Positions 35,166 to 45,586 of a stretch of 60,443 nucleotides of DNA are shown piece after piece. This stretch comes from Clostridia bacterium (GTDB lineage: Bacteria; Bacillota; Clostridia; Monoglobales; Monoglobaceae), in the NCBI GenBank assembly GCA_045596485.1, contig JAZOCL010000089.1, positions 1-60,443 of the forward strand, read 5' to 3'. The notes under the pieces were generated by a model that was given only the letters and a program-made list of their open reading frames with translations, was not told where the DNA came from and did no database searches. A program made the position numbers and the translations under genes. Positions within the stretch are counted from its first letter, which is position 1, and the number at the start of each line of letters is the position of its first letter.

Positions 35166-36013
35166 GCGGAACACTTTATTTATGTCCTACTCCCATAGGG
35201 AACCTGAAGGACATTACTCTTCGCACCCTTGAAGTGCTGAGGGCGGTTGATTTGATTGCAGCAGAGGACACCCGAAACACCCTGAAGCTGCTGAATCATT
35301 TCGAAATCAGCGTTCCCCTGACAAGCTACTATGAGCACAACAAGGCTCAAAAGGGCGGTGTGATTCTTGAAAAGCTGAAGGAGGGACAGTCGGTGGCGCT
35401 TGTTTCGGATGCGGGTATGCCTGCAATTTCGGACCCCGGTGAGGACCTTGTCAGGCTTTGTATAAGTGAAGGAATTGAGGTTGTTCCTCTTCCGGGAGCG
35501 TCGGCGTTTACCTGTGCCTTGGTTGCATCGGGAATGCCCACGGGAAGGTTCTCATTTGAGGGCTTTCTCACAACCAACAAGCGTAACCGAAAAATTCATC
35601 TTGAAGAGGTGAAAAACGATACACGGACGCTGATTTTTTATGAAGCACCCCACAAGCTTTTGTCCACTCTTCGGGATATGCTGGAGTTTTTCGGCGACCG
35701 TGAAATTGTTCTGGCACGCGAGCTGACAAAAAAGTTCGAGGAATTCTTACGTACCACTCTTTCGGAGGCAATAAGGCATTATGAAGAAACACCGCCGAAG
35801 GGTGAGTTTGTACTTATTATAAAAGGAAAGAGTTCCCAGGAGCTGAAGGAAGAAGAACGACTCGCAAAGCCTGAGCCGATGGCACTTCTGGCGGAATATG
35901 CAGCGTCTGGGCTTCGGGGCAAGGAGCTTGTGAACAAGGTTGCAGAGGAGCTGGAGCTTCCGAAGCGTGAGGTTTATGAGATGCATCTTCAAATGAAAAA
36001 CGGCAAAAAATAA
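35162..36013 (+). CDS. rsmI: 16S rRNA (cytidine1402-2'-O)-methyltransferase RsmI
   Basis: LYLCPTPIGNLKDITLR...AEDTR...SDAGMPAISDPG tetrapyrrole-methylase-fold signature. Confidence 0.9.
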   Translation: MSGTLYLCPTPIGNLKDITLRTLEVLRAVDLIAAEDTRNTLKLLNHFEISVPLTSYYEHNKAQKGGVILEKLKEGQSVALVSDAGMPAISDPGEDLVRLCISEGIEVVPLPGASAFTCALVASGMPTGRFSFEGFLTTNKRNRKIHLEEVKNDTRTLIFYEAPHKLLSTLRDMLEFFGDREIVLARELTKKFEEFLRTTLSEAIRHYEETPPKGEFVLIIKGKSSQELKEEERLAKPEPMALLAEYAASGLRGKELVNKVAEELELPKREVYEMHLQMKNGKK

Positions 36014-36029
36014 GGTTAAGGAGCTTGTT

Positions 36030-36737
36030 ATGAGTAAATTGGTTTTTATTGTGGAGGACGAAAAAAACATTTGTGAGCTGATACGTCTTTATGTTGAGAA
36101 GGAGGGCTATGAAACCTGCACGGCATATGACGGCGAGACGGCAGTTCAGGTGTTTAAGGAAAAAAAACCTGATATTGTGATTCTTGACATAATGCTTCCC
36201 AAAAAAGACGGCTGGCAGGTTTGCCGTGAAATCAGGGCTGTTGCCAATACGCCCATAATTATGCTTACGGCAAAGGGTGAGCTTTTCGACAAGGTTCTGG
36301 GTCTTGAACTGGGGGCTGATGACTATATGGTGAAGCCCTTCGAGCCCAAAGAGCTGGTTGCAAGAATTAAGGCAGTACTGCGCCGGGGAGCATCTTCGGC
36401 TGAGGCTGCTGCGGAGAACGGCTCTCAAATTCTGAAGTTTGATGGGCTGGTTATCAACCGCGATACCTATGAGGTATATCTTGAGGAGCAGCTTCTTGAT
36501 ATGCCGCCCAAGGAGTTTGAGCTCCTTTACTTTCTGGCAAGCAATCCCAACAAGGTGTTCAGCCGTGACCAGATTCTTGATGAGGTCTGGGGCTATGAAT
36601 ACTATGTAGGCTCAAGAACAATTGATGTTCACATAAAGCGAATTCGTGAAAAAATTGAGCCTGTTGAAAGAGAAAATCCACCCTGGCTTCTCCGAACAAT
36701 CTGGAGCGTGGGTTATAAATTTGAAGTGAAAGCGTAA
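36030..36737 (+). CDS. OmpR/WalR-family response regulator
   Basis: Receiver domain (VEDE...ILDIMLPKKDG...MLTAKG) plus winged helix (IDVHIKRIREK...VGYKF). Followed by a histidine kinase. Confidence 0.9.
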   Translation: MSKLVFIVEDEKNICELIRLYVEKEGYETCTAYDGETAVQVFKEKKPDIVILDIMLPKKDGWQVCREIRAVANTPIIMLTAKGELFDKVLGLELGADDYMVKPFEPKELVARIKAVLRRGASSAEAAAENGSQILKFDGLVINRDTYEVYLEEQLLDMPPKEFELLYFLASNPNKVFSRDQILDEVWGYEYYVGSRTIDVHIKRIREKIEPVERENPPWLLRTIWSVGYKFEVKA

Positions 36738-36764
36738 GTGTTTGGGTTAAATCGGTGACTTAAT

Positions 36765-38189
36765 ATGAAAAAGACTGTATTTTCAAAAATATTTCTGAAC
36801 AATATAATAATTATTACCGTAAGTATGCTGATACTAATGGTGTCGGGATATTTTATGATTTCGAGAACCGTATATAATTCACGTGTTGATACATTGAAGG
36901 ACAATGCAAATGCGATTTCGGGCTTTCTCAGCAGCGGCGTTCCCCCCGAAAGATTGGAAAATTTTCTGTATGGCTTCTCGCACAGCGCAAAGAAAAATAT
37001 CCTTATTATAAACAAGGATGGACGAATTTTGATGGAGTCCACCATTGATAATTCCTACAACAGCAATATGGGACTTGTTGAAAAAAAATACTGCGAAACG
37101 GTTCTTTCGGGACGAGAGCATATTGAAACGGGAACCATGGGGGGAATTTATGAAAATGAAATGTTCACTCTTCAGATTCCTGTGATTCAAAGACGTTCAG
37201 AAGAGGTGGTTGGCGCTGTGTTTATCAGCGCACCTGCACCCGAAATGATTAAGCTTCAGGGAGGGCTCTGGAAGACAATGAGCATTGCTGTTGTGATTGT
37301 ACTTCTTATGTCTCTTGCACTTTCATATGCTTTATCAAAGCGTATTTCAAAGCCCATAAAGGGGATAGGCGCTGCAGTAAATAAGTTTGCCAAGGGCGAT
37401 TTTTCGAGCCGTGTGGAGCTTGAAGAAAAGAAGCCCAATATTACTGAAATTGAGGAGCTTGCAGTAGCCTTCAATGATATGGCGTTTCATCTGGAGAAGG
37501 CCGAGGACATTAGAAACAACTTTATTTCGGACGTTTCCCACGAGCTGCGAACTCCTATGACAACCATCGGGGGTTTTGTGGACGGAATTCTCGACGGAAC
37601 GATTCCGAGTGACAGGCAGAGCGACTATCTGATGATTGTCAAGGATGAAATCACAAGACTTTCGGCTTTGGTGAATTCCTTCCTTGATGTTACCCGAAGT
37701 GCTTCGGGCAAGCAGTCGCTTGAAATGGAGAATTTTGATTTAAACGAAACAATCAGGAGAACCCTTTTCAACTTTGAGCCGAGAATATGCGAAAAAAATC
37801 TGGAGGTTGACGTTGTTTTTGATGCTGAAAGCTGTATTGTTAACGCAAATCGGGACGCAATAACCAGAGTGCTCACCAATCTTATTGAAAATGCTATAAA
37901 GTTCACCAATGAGAGCGGCACGCTAAAAATTTCAACGGAAATCCGTCAGCAGGAGGTTTTTGTTTCGGTATACAATACCGGCTGCGGAATTGCCGAAGAG
38001 GACCGCAAGCTTATTTTTGAGCGTTTCTATAAGGCTGACAAATCCCGTTCACTCAATCGTGAAGGCACGGGAATCGGGCTGTTTATTGTCAAGGAGATTA
38101 TCAATCGACACGGAAAGAGCATTTCAGTGAAAAGCGTTGAAGGCGAGTATGCAGAATTTATGTTTACACTTGACAGAGGAAAAATCTAA
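36765..38189 (+). CDS. sensor histidine kinase (HAMP-HisKA-HATPase)
   Basis: Two TM segments, a HAMP domain, H-box SHELRTPMT, N-box LIENAIKF, and G-boxes (GTGIGL). Confidence 0.9.
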   Translation: MKKTVFSKIFLNNIIIITVSMLILMVSGYFMISRTVYNSRVDTLKDNANAISGFLSSGVPPERLENFLYGFSHSAKKNILIINKDGRILMESTIDNSYNSNMGLVEKKYCETVLSGREHIETGTMGGIYENEMFTLQIPVIQRRSEEVVGAVFISAPAPEMIKLQGGLWKTMSIAVVIVLLMSLALSYALSKRISKPIKGIGAAVNKFAKGDFSSRVELEEKKPNITEIEELAVAFNDMAFHLEKAEDIRNNFISDVSHELRTPMTTIGGFVDGILDGTIPSDRQSDYLMIVKDEITRLSALVNSFLDVTRSASGKQSLEMENFDLNETIRRTLFNFEPRICEKNLEVDVVFDAESCIVNANRDAITRVLTNLIENAIKFTNESGTLKISTEIRQQEVFVSVYNTGCGIAEEDRKLIFERFYKADKSRSLNREGTGIGLFIVKEIINRHGKSISVKSVEGEYAEFMFTLDRGKI

Positions 38190-38321
38190 TGTTTTTTGAT
38201 TTTTTATAGATTATTAATATTTATGTAACAAATAGGTGGTATACTTGCTAATGTATGGTGGTTTAAGAAAACCAAGCCTTGAATTTTCAGAAAAGCATTA
38301 TATAGAAAGGAAGTTGCTTCT

Positions 38322-39689
38322 ATGAATGAATTTGAAAAAGATCGTTTTAAAGACGAAGAAAAAATTGAGATTATGTCAGAAGAAACGGCTGCTGCCGAAG
38401 GTGAAGTGATTGAAGCTGAGCCTGCAGATAAGGCTGTATCTGATGAAACACCTGTTTTTGTGCCCGAAACAAGGGCAGAAAAAATTTATGAGGATAGAGA
38501 GTTCGAAAGGGCTTCAAAGAAGCCCTTTAACGAAACCGTAAAAAAGAGTGGCTTCAAGAAATATGTTGCTATTGCAGTAGCTGCAGCAATTGTGAATATG
38601 GCAGCCCTGGGCGGACTGTTTGCAGCAGGCTATAGCCTTGGAGCAGGGAAAATCGGTTCAGGAAGCAAGGCTAATGTTCTTTCGAACCTGAATCAGCAAA
38701 ACACAGCTCCCTCAAACGATGGTGCAGCCGCTACCGCTAAAAAGGGTGCAGAGCTTACAACAGTTGAAATTTCGAAGAAGGTTGGTCCCGCTGTTGTGGG
38801 AATTACCAGCACAATTAAAAGCACTATGAGCTTTTTTAATACCGCTATGGTTTCAGAGGGAACCGGCTCGGGCATTATCATCAGCTCAGACGGATATATT
38901 GTCACAAACAACCACGTTATCGAAGGCGCATCGTCGGTTTCGGTTACTCTCAATACCGGCTCGGAATATGATGCAAAGCTCATAGGTACCGACTCGAAAA
39001 CAGACCTTGCAGTTATCAAGATTACTCCCAACGAGGAGCTGACAGTTGCAGAGCTGGGTGATTCGTCGGCAATCGAGGTCGGCGAGAGAGCGGTTGCAAT
39101 CGGTAACCCATTGGGTATGGAATTCTTTGGAAGCACAACTCAGGGTATTATCAGTGCAATCAACAGAACCATCACCGTTGACAATCGCACAATGAGCGTT
39201 ATTCAGACAGACGCTGCCATCAACGAGGGCAACTCGGGCGGTGCGCTGGTGAATGCATACGGTCAGGTTATTGGTATCAATGCGGTGAAGATTTCGTCAT
39301 CAACTGTGGAGGGTATGGGTTTTGCCATTCCCATTTCAGAAGCAAAGCCTGTCATTGAGGATCTCATAAAATACGGTTACGTTAAGGGCAGACCTGTTAT
39401 CGGAATTTCGAGCCGTGACGTGACAGAATATATGGCAAACCGTCAGGGCTGGCCTATGGGTGTTCAGGTTATGGCAACACAAATAGGCAGCGGTGCAGAG
39501 CTTGCAGGGCTGCAGCAGGGCGACATCATAACCAAGGCTGACGGCAAGGCTGTTACTTCAACTGACGAGCTGAATGAAATCAAGGATTCTCACAAGCCCG
39601 GTGAGGTAATCAAGCTTGAAGTTTATAAGTATGACACAGGTCTTACAACAACAGTTTCGGTGAAGCTTACCGAAGAAAGACCTGATTGA
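38322..39689 (+). CDS. htrA: HtrA/DegP-family serine protease with PDZ domain
   Basis: TM anchor, catalytic TNNHV...DLAVIK...GNSGGAL triad context, and a C-terminal PDZ domain (GSGAELAGLQQGDIITKADG). Confidence 0.9.
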   Translation: MNEFEKDRFKDEEKIEIMSEETAAAEGEVIEAEPADKAVSDETPVFVPETRAEKIYEDREFERASKKPFNETVKKSGFKKYVAIAVAAAIVNMAALGGLFAAGYSLGAGKIGSGSKANVLSNLNQQNTAPSNDGAAATAKKGAELTTVEISKKVGPAVVGITSTIKSTMSFFNTAMVSEGTGSGIIISSDGYIVTNNHVIEGASSVSVTLNTGSEYDAKLIGTDSKTDLAVIKITPNEELTVAELGDSSAIEVGERAVAIGNPLGMEFFGSTTQGIISAINRTITVDNRTMSVIQTDAAINEGNSGGALVNAYGQVIGINAVKISSSTVEGMGFAIPISEAKPVIEDLIKYGYVKGRPVIGISSRDVTEYMANRQGWPMGVQVMATQIGSGAELAGLQQGDIITKADGKAVTSTDELNEIKDSHKPGEVIKLEVYKYDTGLTTTVSVKLTEERPD

Positions 39690-39704
39690 TTTAATTTTCT
39701 CTCC

Positions 39705-39794
39705 AAAAGAAAGAAAGCCAAAGCTTGATATGCACCCCAAAAGTTAGACACTTTTGGAGGTGCATATCAGCTTTTGGCTTTCTTTCTTTTTTTT
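39705..39794 (+). terminator. unusually long (~40 bp stem) palindromic hairpin with T-run after htrA
   Basis: The 5' arm AAAAGAAAGAAAGCCAAAGCTTGATATGCACCCCAAAAGT pairs with ACTTTTGGaGGTGCATATCAGCTTtTGGCTTTCTTTCTTTT. The loop is TAGAC and the hairpin is followed by T-rich sequence. Confidence 0.65.
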
Positions 39795-39861
39795 CAAAAC
39801 TATGGCTTTTTTCGGAAATTTGTGGTAAAATAAACTATCTGTGTGTTGAGAGGCGAATGAT

Positions 39862-41667
39862 ATGAAAATTTTTATTGAAAAGCTAAATATATTTTTCAGG
39901 GAGCACAAGGTGAGCTTTAAAATTTTTGAACTCGCTGTGATGAATGCTTTTCTTATTTATTACTGCCTTGAGCTGGGCAACAAAAATCCCTTTTTAAACG
40001 GCATTTTATATACGGTGATTAACGTTTTGACGGTGTTTGTTGTGATGAGCGGAGCTTTCTTTTTTGTTCAGCGCTGGTGGATTTCGTCATTGATTGTTTC
40101 TGTTCCTGCCCTATGTTTGAGCATTGCAAATTATTATACCCTGCTTTATCGTAACTCGCCCATTTCCACTCAGGATATTCACAATGCAGGAACGGCTCTT
40201 TCGGTTATGGGGAATTATTCCTTCCCACTCAGCTTTTTTGTAATTGCGGTGGTTTTGGTTTTTGCCCTTTCGGTTTATGTAACAATCCGTCTCCGACGCC
40301 TCGAAAAAGAAAGAAAGCTGAGCTTTAGAAGGGTTATCGCAAAAAACCTCTGTCTTGCGGCATTTGGCGGAATCTTTGTTTACGGGGTTTATCTTGCAGA
40401 AAAGCCCATAAAGCCCCGAACAACCTTTGTGTGGTCCTGGGAGGATTCCTATTATAAATACGGCTACATTGCAAGCTCAGTTGAGGTGCTTCAAAATTCT
40501 CTCAATATGGTGAATATGCCAAAGGATTACAGCGAGGAAACTCTTGACGCACGGGTAAGCGAAAAAATTGGTGAAGATACCTTTCAGAATACCCCTGATG
40601 TAATTTTTATTCTCAACGAGACCTTTTATGATTTGAGAGACCTTATTGACCTTCAGGGTGAAGAGACGGCTATGCCCTTTATTGACAGCCTTCCCGACAG
40701 CCAAAAAGGAAGGGCAGTTGTGGCAGGCACAGGGGGCGGAACCAACAAGAGCGAATACGAATTTTTGACAAGTAACTCCATTCAGCTTATGCCGGGAATA
40801 ACTCCCTTCAACTATCTGGAATTTGAAAATTCAAACAGCATTGTAAGCCATCTGGAGTCTCAGGGTTACGCAACCTGGGGTGCACATCCTGCAGACTCTC
40901 TCAATTATTCAAGAGGGATTGTTTATCCAAAGCTTGGCTTTGACAGTGTGCTTTTCAGCAAGGAATTTGGTGAAATTGAAAAATACGGTCAAAGAAGCTA
41001 TGCTACAGACAGGTTCTGCTATAAAAAAATGCTTGAGGATTATGAAAAAATGGGTGACAATCCCAGATTTATGTATCTCTTAACCATTCAGAATCACGGC
41101 AACTGGGACTTGAATCCCGAAGGGGAGGATATAATAAAAATATCAAAGAATTTCGGGAACTATACAGACGATATTTCGGAGTTTCAGTCCTGCATAAGTC
41201 TTTCGGATAAGGCTTTTCGTGAGCTTACAGAATACTTTGAAAATTCCGACAGAGATGTTATAATCTGTATGGTGGGTGACCATGCACCGTCCTTTGCAAC
41301 CGAACTTCTTGACGAGATTGATATGGAAGAAACCTTTGCTCTGCGTTCAACGCCTTATGTTATATGGGCGAACTTTGATATGAAGGCAGACTTCCCAAAG
41401 ACGGTTTCAATGCCGTTTCTTGCTCCAATGACCATAGAGGCGGCAGGAATAGCTCAGTCGCCTTTTTACAGATATATGAATGCTTTAAAAAAGGATACCC
41501 CTGTTGTTACGGCGTTTAACCTTTATAAAAACAGCGAAGGCAAAATTTTCAGCTATGAAGCCGAAACCGATTACGAGGCTGACATTGAAACATATTTTGA
41601 TATGGTTTATAACAATGCGAGCCCTGACGCAAACAGAATCCAAAAACTTTTTGAGGTGGAAAAATGA
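39862..41667 (+). CDS. LTA-synthase-family (sulfatase-domain) membrane protein
   Basis: 601 aa with about 5 N-terminal TM segments and an extracellular sulfatase-like domain (FILNETFYD...GTGGGTNKSEYEFLT...GDHAP). Confidence 0.75.
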   Translation: MKIFIEKLNIFFREHKVSFKIFELAVMNAFLIYYCLELGNKNPFLNGILYTVINVLTVFVVMSGAFFFVQRWWISSLIVSVPALCLSIANYYTLLYRNSPISTQDIHNAGTALSVMGNYSFPLSFFVIAVVLVFALSVYVTIRLRRLEKERKLSFRRVIAKNLCLAAFGGIFVYGVYLAEKPIKPRTTFVWSWEDSYYKYGYIASSVEVLQNSLNMVNMPKDYSEETLDARVSEKIGEDTFQNTPDVIFILNETFYDLRDLIDLQGEETAMPFIDSLPDSQKGRAVVAGTGGGTNKSEYEFLTSNSIQLMPGITPFNYLEFENSNSIVSHLESQGYATWGAHPADSLNYSRGIVYPKLGFDSVLFSKEFGEIEKYGQRSYATDRFCYKKMLEDYEKMGDNPRFMYLLTIQNHGNWDLNPEGEDIIKISKNFGNYTDDISEFQSCISLSDKAFRELTEYFENSDRDVIICMVGDHAPSFATELLDEIDMEETFALRSTPYVIWANFDMKADFPKTVSMPFLAPMTIEAAGIAQSPFYRYMNALKKDTPVVTAFNLYKNSEGKIFSYEAETDYEADIETYFDMVYNNASPDANRIQKLFEVEK

Positions 41668-43097
41668 TAAATTTAAGCTATGACGAAAAAATAAAAGAAT
41701 GGATTGAGAAAAACCGTGACACCATAATCCGTGACTGGATTAATATTTCAAAAATTCCTGCCATAAAGGGGGAGGCACAGGAGAACGCACCCTTTGGAAG
41801 GGAGTGCGCCGAGGCACTGGAGGCCTGTGCAATGCTTTTTGCCAATCACGGTTTCGATGCTGAAGTTTATACAGAATCGGGCTATGCACTGGTGAATATG
41901 GGAGAGGGCGATAAGACAATCGGACTTTTCGGGCACAGCGATGTTGTTCCCGTCGGTGATGATTGGATTTATACAAAGCCCTTTGAGCCTGTGGTGATTG
42001 ACGGAACCCTTATTGGCAGAGGGGTTGAGGATAACAAGTCGGGAATTATGGCATCCCTTTGTGCTATGGAGATTATCCGCGACCTGAAAATTCCCGTGAA
42101 AAGCCATATTCAGGCGTTTATTGGCTCTGAGGAAGAAACGGGAATGACCGATATAGAGAATTTTGCCAAGGAACAGCCTATGCCTGCGGCTTCGCTTATC
42201 CTTGATGCGGACTTTCCTTGCAGCATAGGTGAAAAAAGCATATGTCATTTTTGGGCAAGCTGCAAAAGTTCGGCAGAGAATATACTGGATTTCAGGGGCG
42301 GCGAAGCCTTCAATGTGGTTCTGGACAAGGCAACCGTTTTGCTGAAGGGCTCGGCAGAGCTTTCGGCAGAGCTTGAAGAAAGGATAAAGGACAGAGCGGA
42401 ATTCACTCTTTGCGAAAAGGACGGAAATCTGGAGCTCGCCGCAAAGGGACTTGCAAAGCACGCTTGCGAGCCCGAGGGCTCGGTTAACGGGGCAAAGCTG
42501 ATTGCAGAGCTTCTTTGTGACCTTTCGGCACTCAGCGACGCTGACAGAGAAATTATGGCGCAGATTTCTAAGATTCTTGGCTGTCATTACGGCACAACTA
42601 TGGGCGTTGCTCACGATGACATTAGATTTGGCAGGCTCACATTTGTTAACGGTATGGTGAAAATGAAGGACGGAAGGGTTGCTCTCAGCTTTGACACACG
42701 TTACGGCTCAACTCTGGAGCCTGAAGTCCTTGAAGCAAAAATAGAGAAAAATTTTGAAAATATGGGTTGGAATGTAAAAATTGAGAGCAATATGAAGGGC
42801 TTTTCAATTGCTGATGACAGTCCCATTCCTGACCGCCTTGTTGAGATTTATAATAAGGTGACAGGCTTTGAGCTTAAGGCGCTTCGTCTCGGCGGCGGCA
42901 CATATGCACGAAAAATCGAAAATGCTTTTTCGGTGGGAACAAAAACCTCCAGAGCCGACAGAACAAAACCCTTTATGGAGATGCCTGCAGGACATGGCGG
43001 TGTTCATCAGAGTGATGAGATGATAGACATAGAAGCCTTTTTTGATGCGGTGCGAATTATCACCCACTATGTTATAAATATTGATGAGTGTCTGTAA
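41664..43097 (+). CDS. M20-family dipeptidase (PepV/Sapep-like)
   Basis: GHSDVVP, GRGVEDNKSG and SEEETGM metal-ligand motifs. 477 aa. Confidence 0.8.
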   Translation: MINLSYDEKIKEWIEKNRDTIIRDWINISKIPAIKGEAQENAPFGRECAEALEACAMLFANHGFDAEVYTESGYALVNMGEGDKTIGLFGHSDVVPVGDDWIYTKPFEPVVIDGTLIGRGVEDNKSGIMASLCAMEIIRDLKIPVKSHIQAFIGSEEETGMTDIENFAKEQPMPAASLILDADFPCSIGEKSICHFWASCKSSAENILDFRGGEAFNVVLDKATVLLKGSAELSAELEERIKDRAEFTLCEKDGNLELAAKGLAKHACEPEGSVNGAKLIAELLCDLSALSDADREIMAQISKILGCHYGTTMGVAHDDIRFGRLTFVNGMVKMKDGRVALSFDTRYGSTLEPEVLEAKIEKNFENMGWNVKIESNMKGFSIADDSPIPDRLVEIYNKVTGFELKALRLGGGTYARKIENAFSVGTKTSRADRTKPFMEMPAGHGGVHQSDEMIDIEAFFDAVRIITHYVINIDECL

Positions 43098-43111
43098 AGA
43101 ACTATTAAATG

Positions 43112-43147
43112 AGCCTGAAACGCTTTGGTGTTTCAGGCTTGTTTTTT
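43112..43147 (+). terminator. intrinsic terminator
   Basis: AGCCTGAAAC / GTTTCAGGCT stem followed by TGTTTTTT. Confidence 0.8.
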
Positions 43148-43261
43148 ATCTTTTAGGAAATTATAACAGAATGTTATATTTCCTAAATTACAAATAAAGT
43201 GTACCTTAATCCCCTCAAGAGTGAGGGGCAGGGGGGTTGATGTGTTTAATCAAACACTTTT

Positions 43262-45187
43262 TTATTCCAGCTCGCCCCATTCGGCATAATATTCTTCAAG
43301 GCTTTGGCGCAGAGAGTCTGCCTCGGCGCATTTTTCGTTCATAAGCTTGTAGTCCGAAAAAACCTCTTGCCTTGTCATCTCCTCTTCAAGCTCAGAAAGT
43401 CTTGTTTCAGCATTTTCAATAAGGGCTTCAAGCTCACGGATACGGTTTTTGCGCTGTGCTTCAAGCCTGCGCTGCTCCTTCGAACGGTAGCCGCCTGTGC
43501 TTTGATTTTTTATGCTTTCAGCAGCCCTTTCGGCAGCAAGCTGTGCCTGACGCTCGGCCTCCATTGCGGCTTCGCGCTCCTGAACCTGACAGTAATAATC
43601 GTAATTTCCCTGATAAACCCTGAGCCCGTTTTCGCTGATTTCAACAATTTTTTGAGGAACCTTGTTGAGAAGATAACGGTCGTGAGAAACAAAAATAAGT
43701 GTTCCACCGTATTTTGACAAAGCTTCTTCCAGAACCTCTTTTGAAGCTAAATCAAGGTGGTTTGTGGGCTCATCTAGAATTATCACATTGGATTTTTCAA
43801 GCATAATTATGCAGAAAGCAAGCTTTGCTCTTTCGCCGCCGCTAATAATTTTTACAGGCTTATATACATCGTCCTTGGTGAGCAGAACATTTCCAAGCAC
43901 ACGTCTGATTTCGGCTTCGGGAATGTCAGGAAATCGGTCCCACAGCTCGTCAAGTGCAATTTTATCCTGACCGAGATTTAGATTTTCCTGTTCGTAGTAG
44001 CTCAGGCTCACGTTTTTGCCCCATTCTATGGCGCCGTTGTAGTGTGGAATAATTCCCTGAATGATTTTGAGAAAGGAGGACTTTCCGATTCCGTTGGCAC
44101 CAATAATGGCAATTTTTTCTTTCTTCTTAACTTCAAGATTTATGTTGCGGCACAGAACCTTTTGCTCATCTCCCACAACCACATCAAGCCCTGAAACCGA
44201 GAGAACGTCCTTGTAGGGCTCCTTGGTGTGTTCAAAGCGGAGCTTCATTGCTTTCAGGTCGCCGTCGGGTTTCTCAAGAATTTCCATATTTTCAAGGACT
44301 TTGAGCCTTGATTTTGCGCTGGCAGAGGTAGAGGCTCGGGCAATGTTTTTGTCAACATAGGTCTGTAGCTGTGCAATCTGTATTTGCTGCATTTCGTATT
44401 CTTTTTCTTCTCTGGCTTTGCGTTCAGCCTTTTGAACAAGATACTTTGAATAGTTTCCCGCATAGGAGAAAACCTTTCCACGTTCAACCTCATAAATGTG
44501 CGACACAATTTTGTCGAGAAAATAACGGTCGTGTGAAACCGTAAGAATTGCTCCGTTGTAGTTTACCAGATATTCTTCAAGCCACCGAAGCGTTTTGAAG
44601 TCAAGGTGATTTGTGGGCTCGTCAAGAATGAGCAGCTCGGGTTCCTCCAGAAGAAGTCTTGCAATGGCAAGACGGGTTTTTTCGCCGCCCGAAAGAGTTG
44701 AAATTACGGTGTCCATATCACGGTCGCCAAAGCCCATACCCTGAAGAATGGTTTTGATTTTCACGTCGATATTGTAGCCGTCACGGCTGTCAAAATAGTT
44801 CTGGGCACGGGTGTATTCGGAAGAAATGCGACGGTATTCGTCGGAGGTGCTGTCTGAGATTTCAGCCATTTGGAGCTCAAGACGGCGCATAGTGTCTTCT
44901 GCCTCAAAAACGTCATCAAAGACCTTGCGCATTTCGACCATAATTGAGCTGTCACGTTCAAGACCGTTGTTTTGTTCAAGATAGCCGATTTTCAGCCCCG
45001 GTTTTTTAACAACCTCGCCTTCGTCATAGCTCAGAGTGCCCATAATAATTTTAAGAAGTGTTGACTTTCCTGCACCGTTAACGCCGATAAGGCCGTAACG
45101 GCATTTTTCGTTTACGGTCAGCTTTACGTTTTTCAAGATTTCTTCCTGTCCAAAGCTTTTGCTAAGGCTGTCAAGGGTTATAAGCAT
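43262..45187 (-). CDS. ABC-F family ATPase (two ABC domains, no TM domain, C-terminal coiled coil)
   Basis: Two Walker A motifs (GVNGAGKST, GANGIGKSS), two LSGGE signatures, and a linker typical of ABC-F translation factors. Confidence 0.9.
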   Translation of the reverse strand: MLITLDSLSKSFGQEEILKNVKLTVNEKCRYGLIGVNGAGKSTLLKIIMGTLSYDEGEVVKKPGLKIGYLEQNNGLERDSSIMVEMRKVFDDVFEAEDTMRRLELQMAEISDSTSDEYRRISSEYTRAQNYFDSRDGYNIDVKIKTILQGMGFGDRDMDTVISTLSGGEKTRLAIARLLLEEPELLILDEPTNHLDFKTLRWLEEYLVNYNGAILTVSHDRYFLDKIVSHIYEVERGKVFSYAGNYSKYLVQKAERKAREEKEYEMQQIQIAQLQTYVDKNIARASTSASAKSRLKVLENMEILEKPDGDLKAMKLRFEHTKEPYKDVLSVSGLDVVVGDEQKVLCRNINLEVKKKEKIAIIGANGIGKSSFLKIIQGIIPHYNGAIEWGKNVSLSYYEQENLNLGQDKIALDELWDRFPDIPEAEIRRVLGNVLLTKDDVYKPVKIISGGERAKLAFCIIMLEKSNVIILDEPTNHLDLASKEVLEEALSKYGGTLIFVSHDRYLLNKVPQKIVEISENGLRVYQGNYDYYCQVQEREAAMEAERQAQLAAERAAESIKNQSTGGYRSKEQRRLEAQRKNRIRELEALIENAETRLSELEEEMTRQEVFSDYKLMNEKCAEADSLRQSLEEYYAEWGELE

Positions 45188-45190
45188 TTG

Positions 45191-45580
45191 TCAGTCCTCG
45201 ATTTTTTCAATTGTTATTTCAATGTTTTTTGTGAAGAACAGTCGAAGTGCGCATATCCCGAGAACAAGACCGAGGATTGCTCCCAAAAAGGCTGCCCAGT
45301 CGCCCCCCAGAATTCCGCCAATAACGCCGCCCAGAATAAGAAGGGCGGTGAGGCTCAGATACCCTGTGGCAGAGTGACCCAGAACCTTTTTGTCGTCGGA
45401 GATAAGTCGCACCTTGTCACCCACCCTGAGCCCCTGCGTGTTTTTGAGGGTAACCCTCATTTCACGACTGTTGGAGCAAAGTCCGCAAGCGGCGCAGCTT
45501 TCACCGCAGGCAGAGTCACGGGTAACAGACACTTCAATATATTCACCTTTGGTTTTGATTACTGTACCTGATTTTTCCAT
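45191..45580 (-). CDS. RseC/MucC-family (SoxR-reducing system) membrane protein
   Basis: 129 aa with an N-terminal Cys cluster (CGESCAACGLC) and two C-terminal TM segments. Confidence 0.75.
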   Translation of the reverse strand: MEKSGTVIKTKGEYIEVSVTRDSACGESCAACGLCSNSREMRVTLKNTQGLRVGDKVRLISDDKKVLGHSATGYLSLTALLILGGVIGGILGGDWAAFLGAILGLVLGICALRLFFTKNIEITIEKIED

Positions 45581-45586
45581 AATAAT

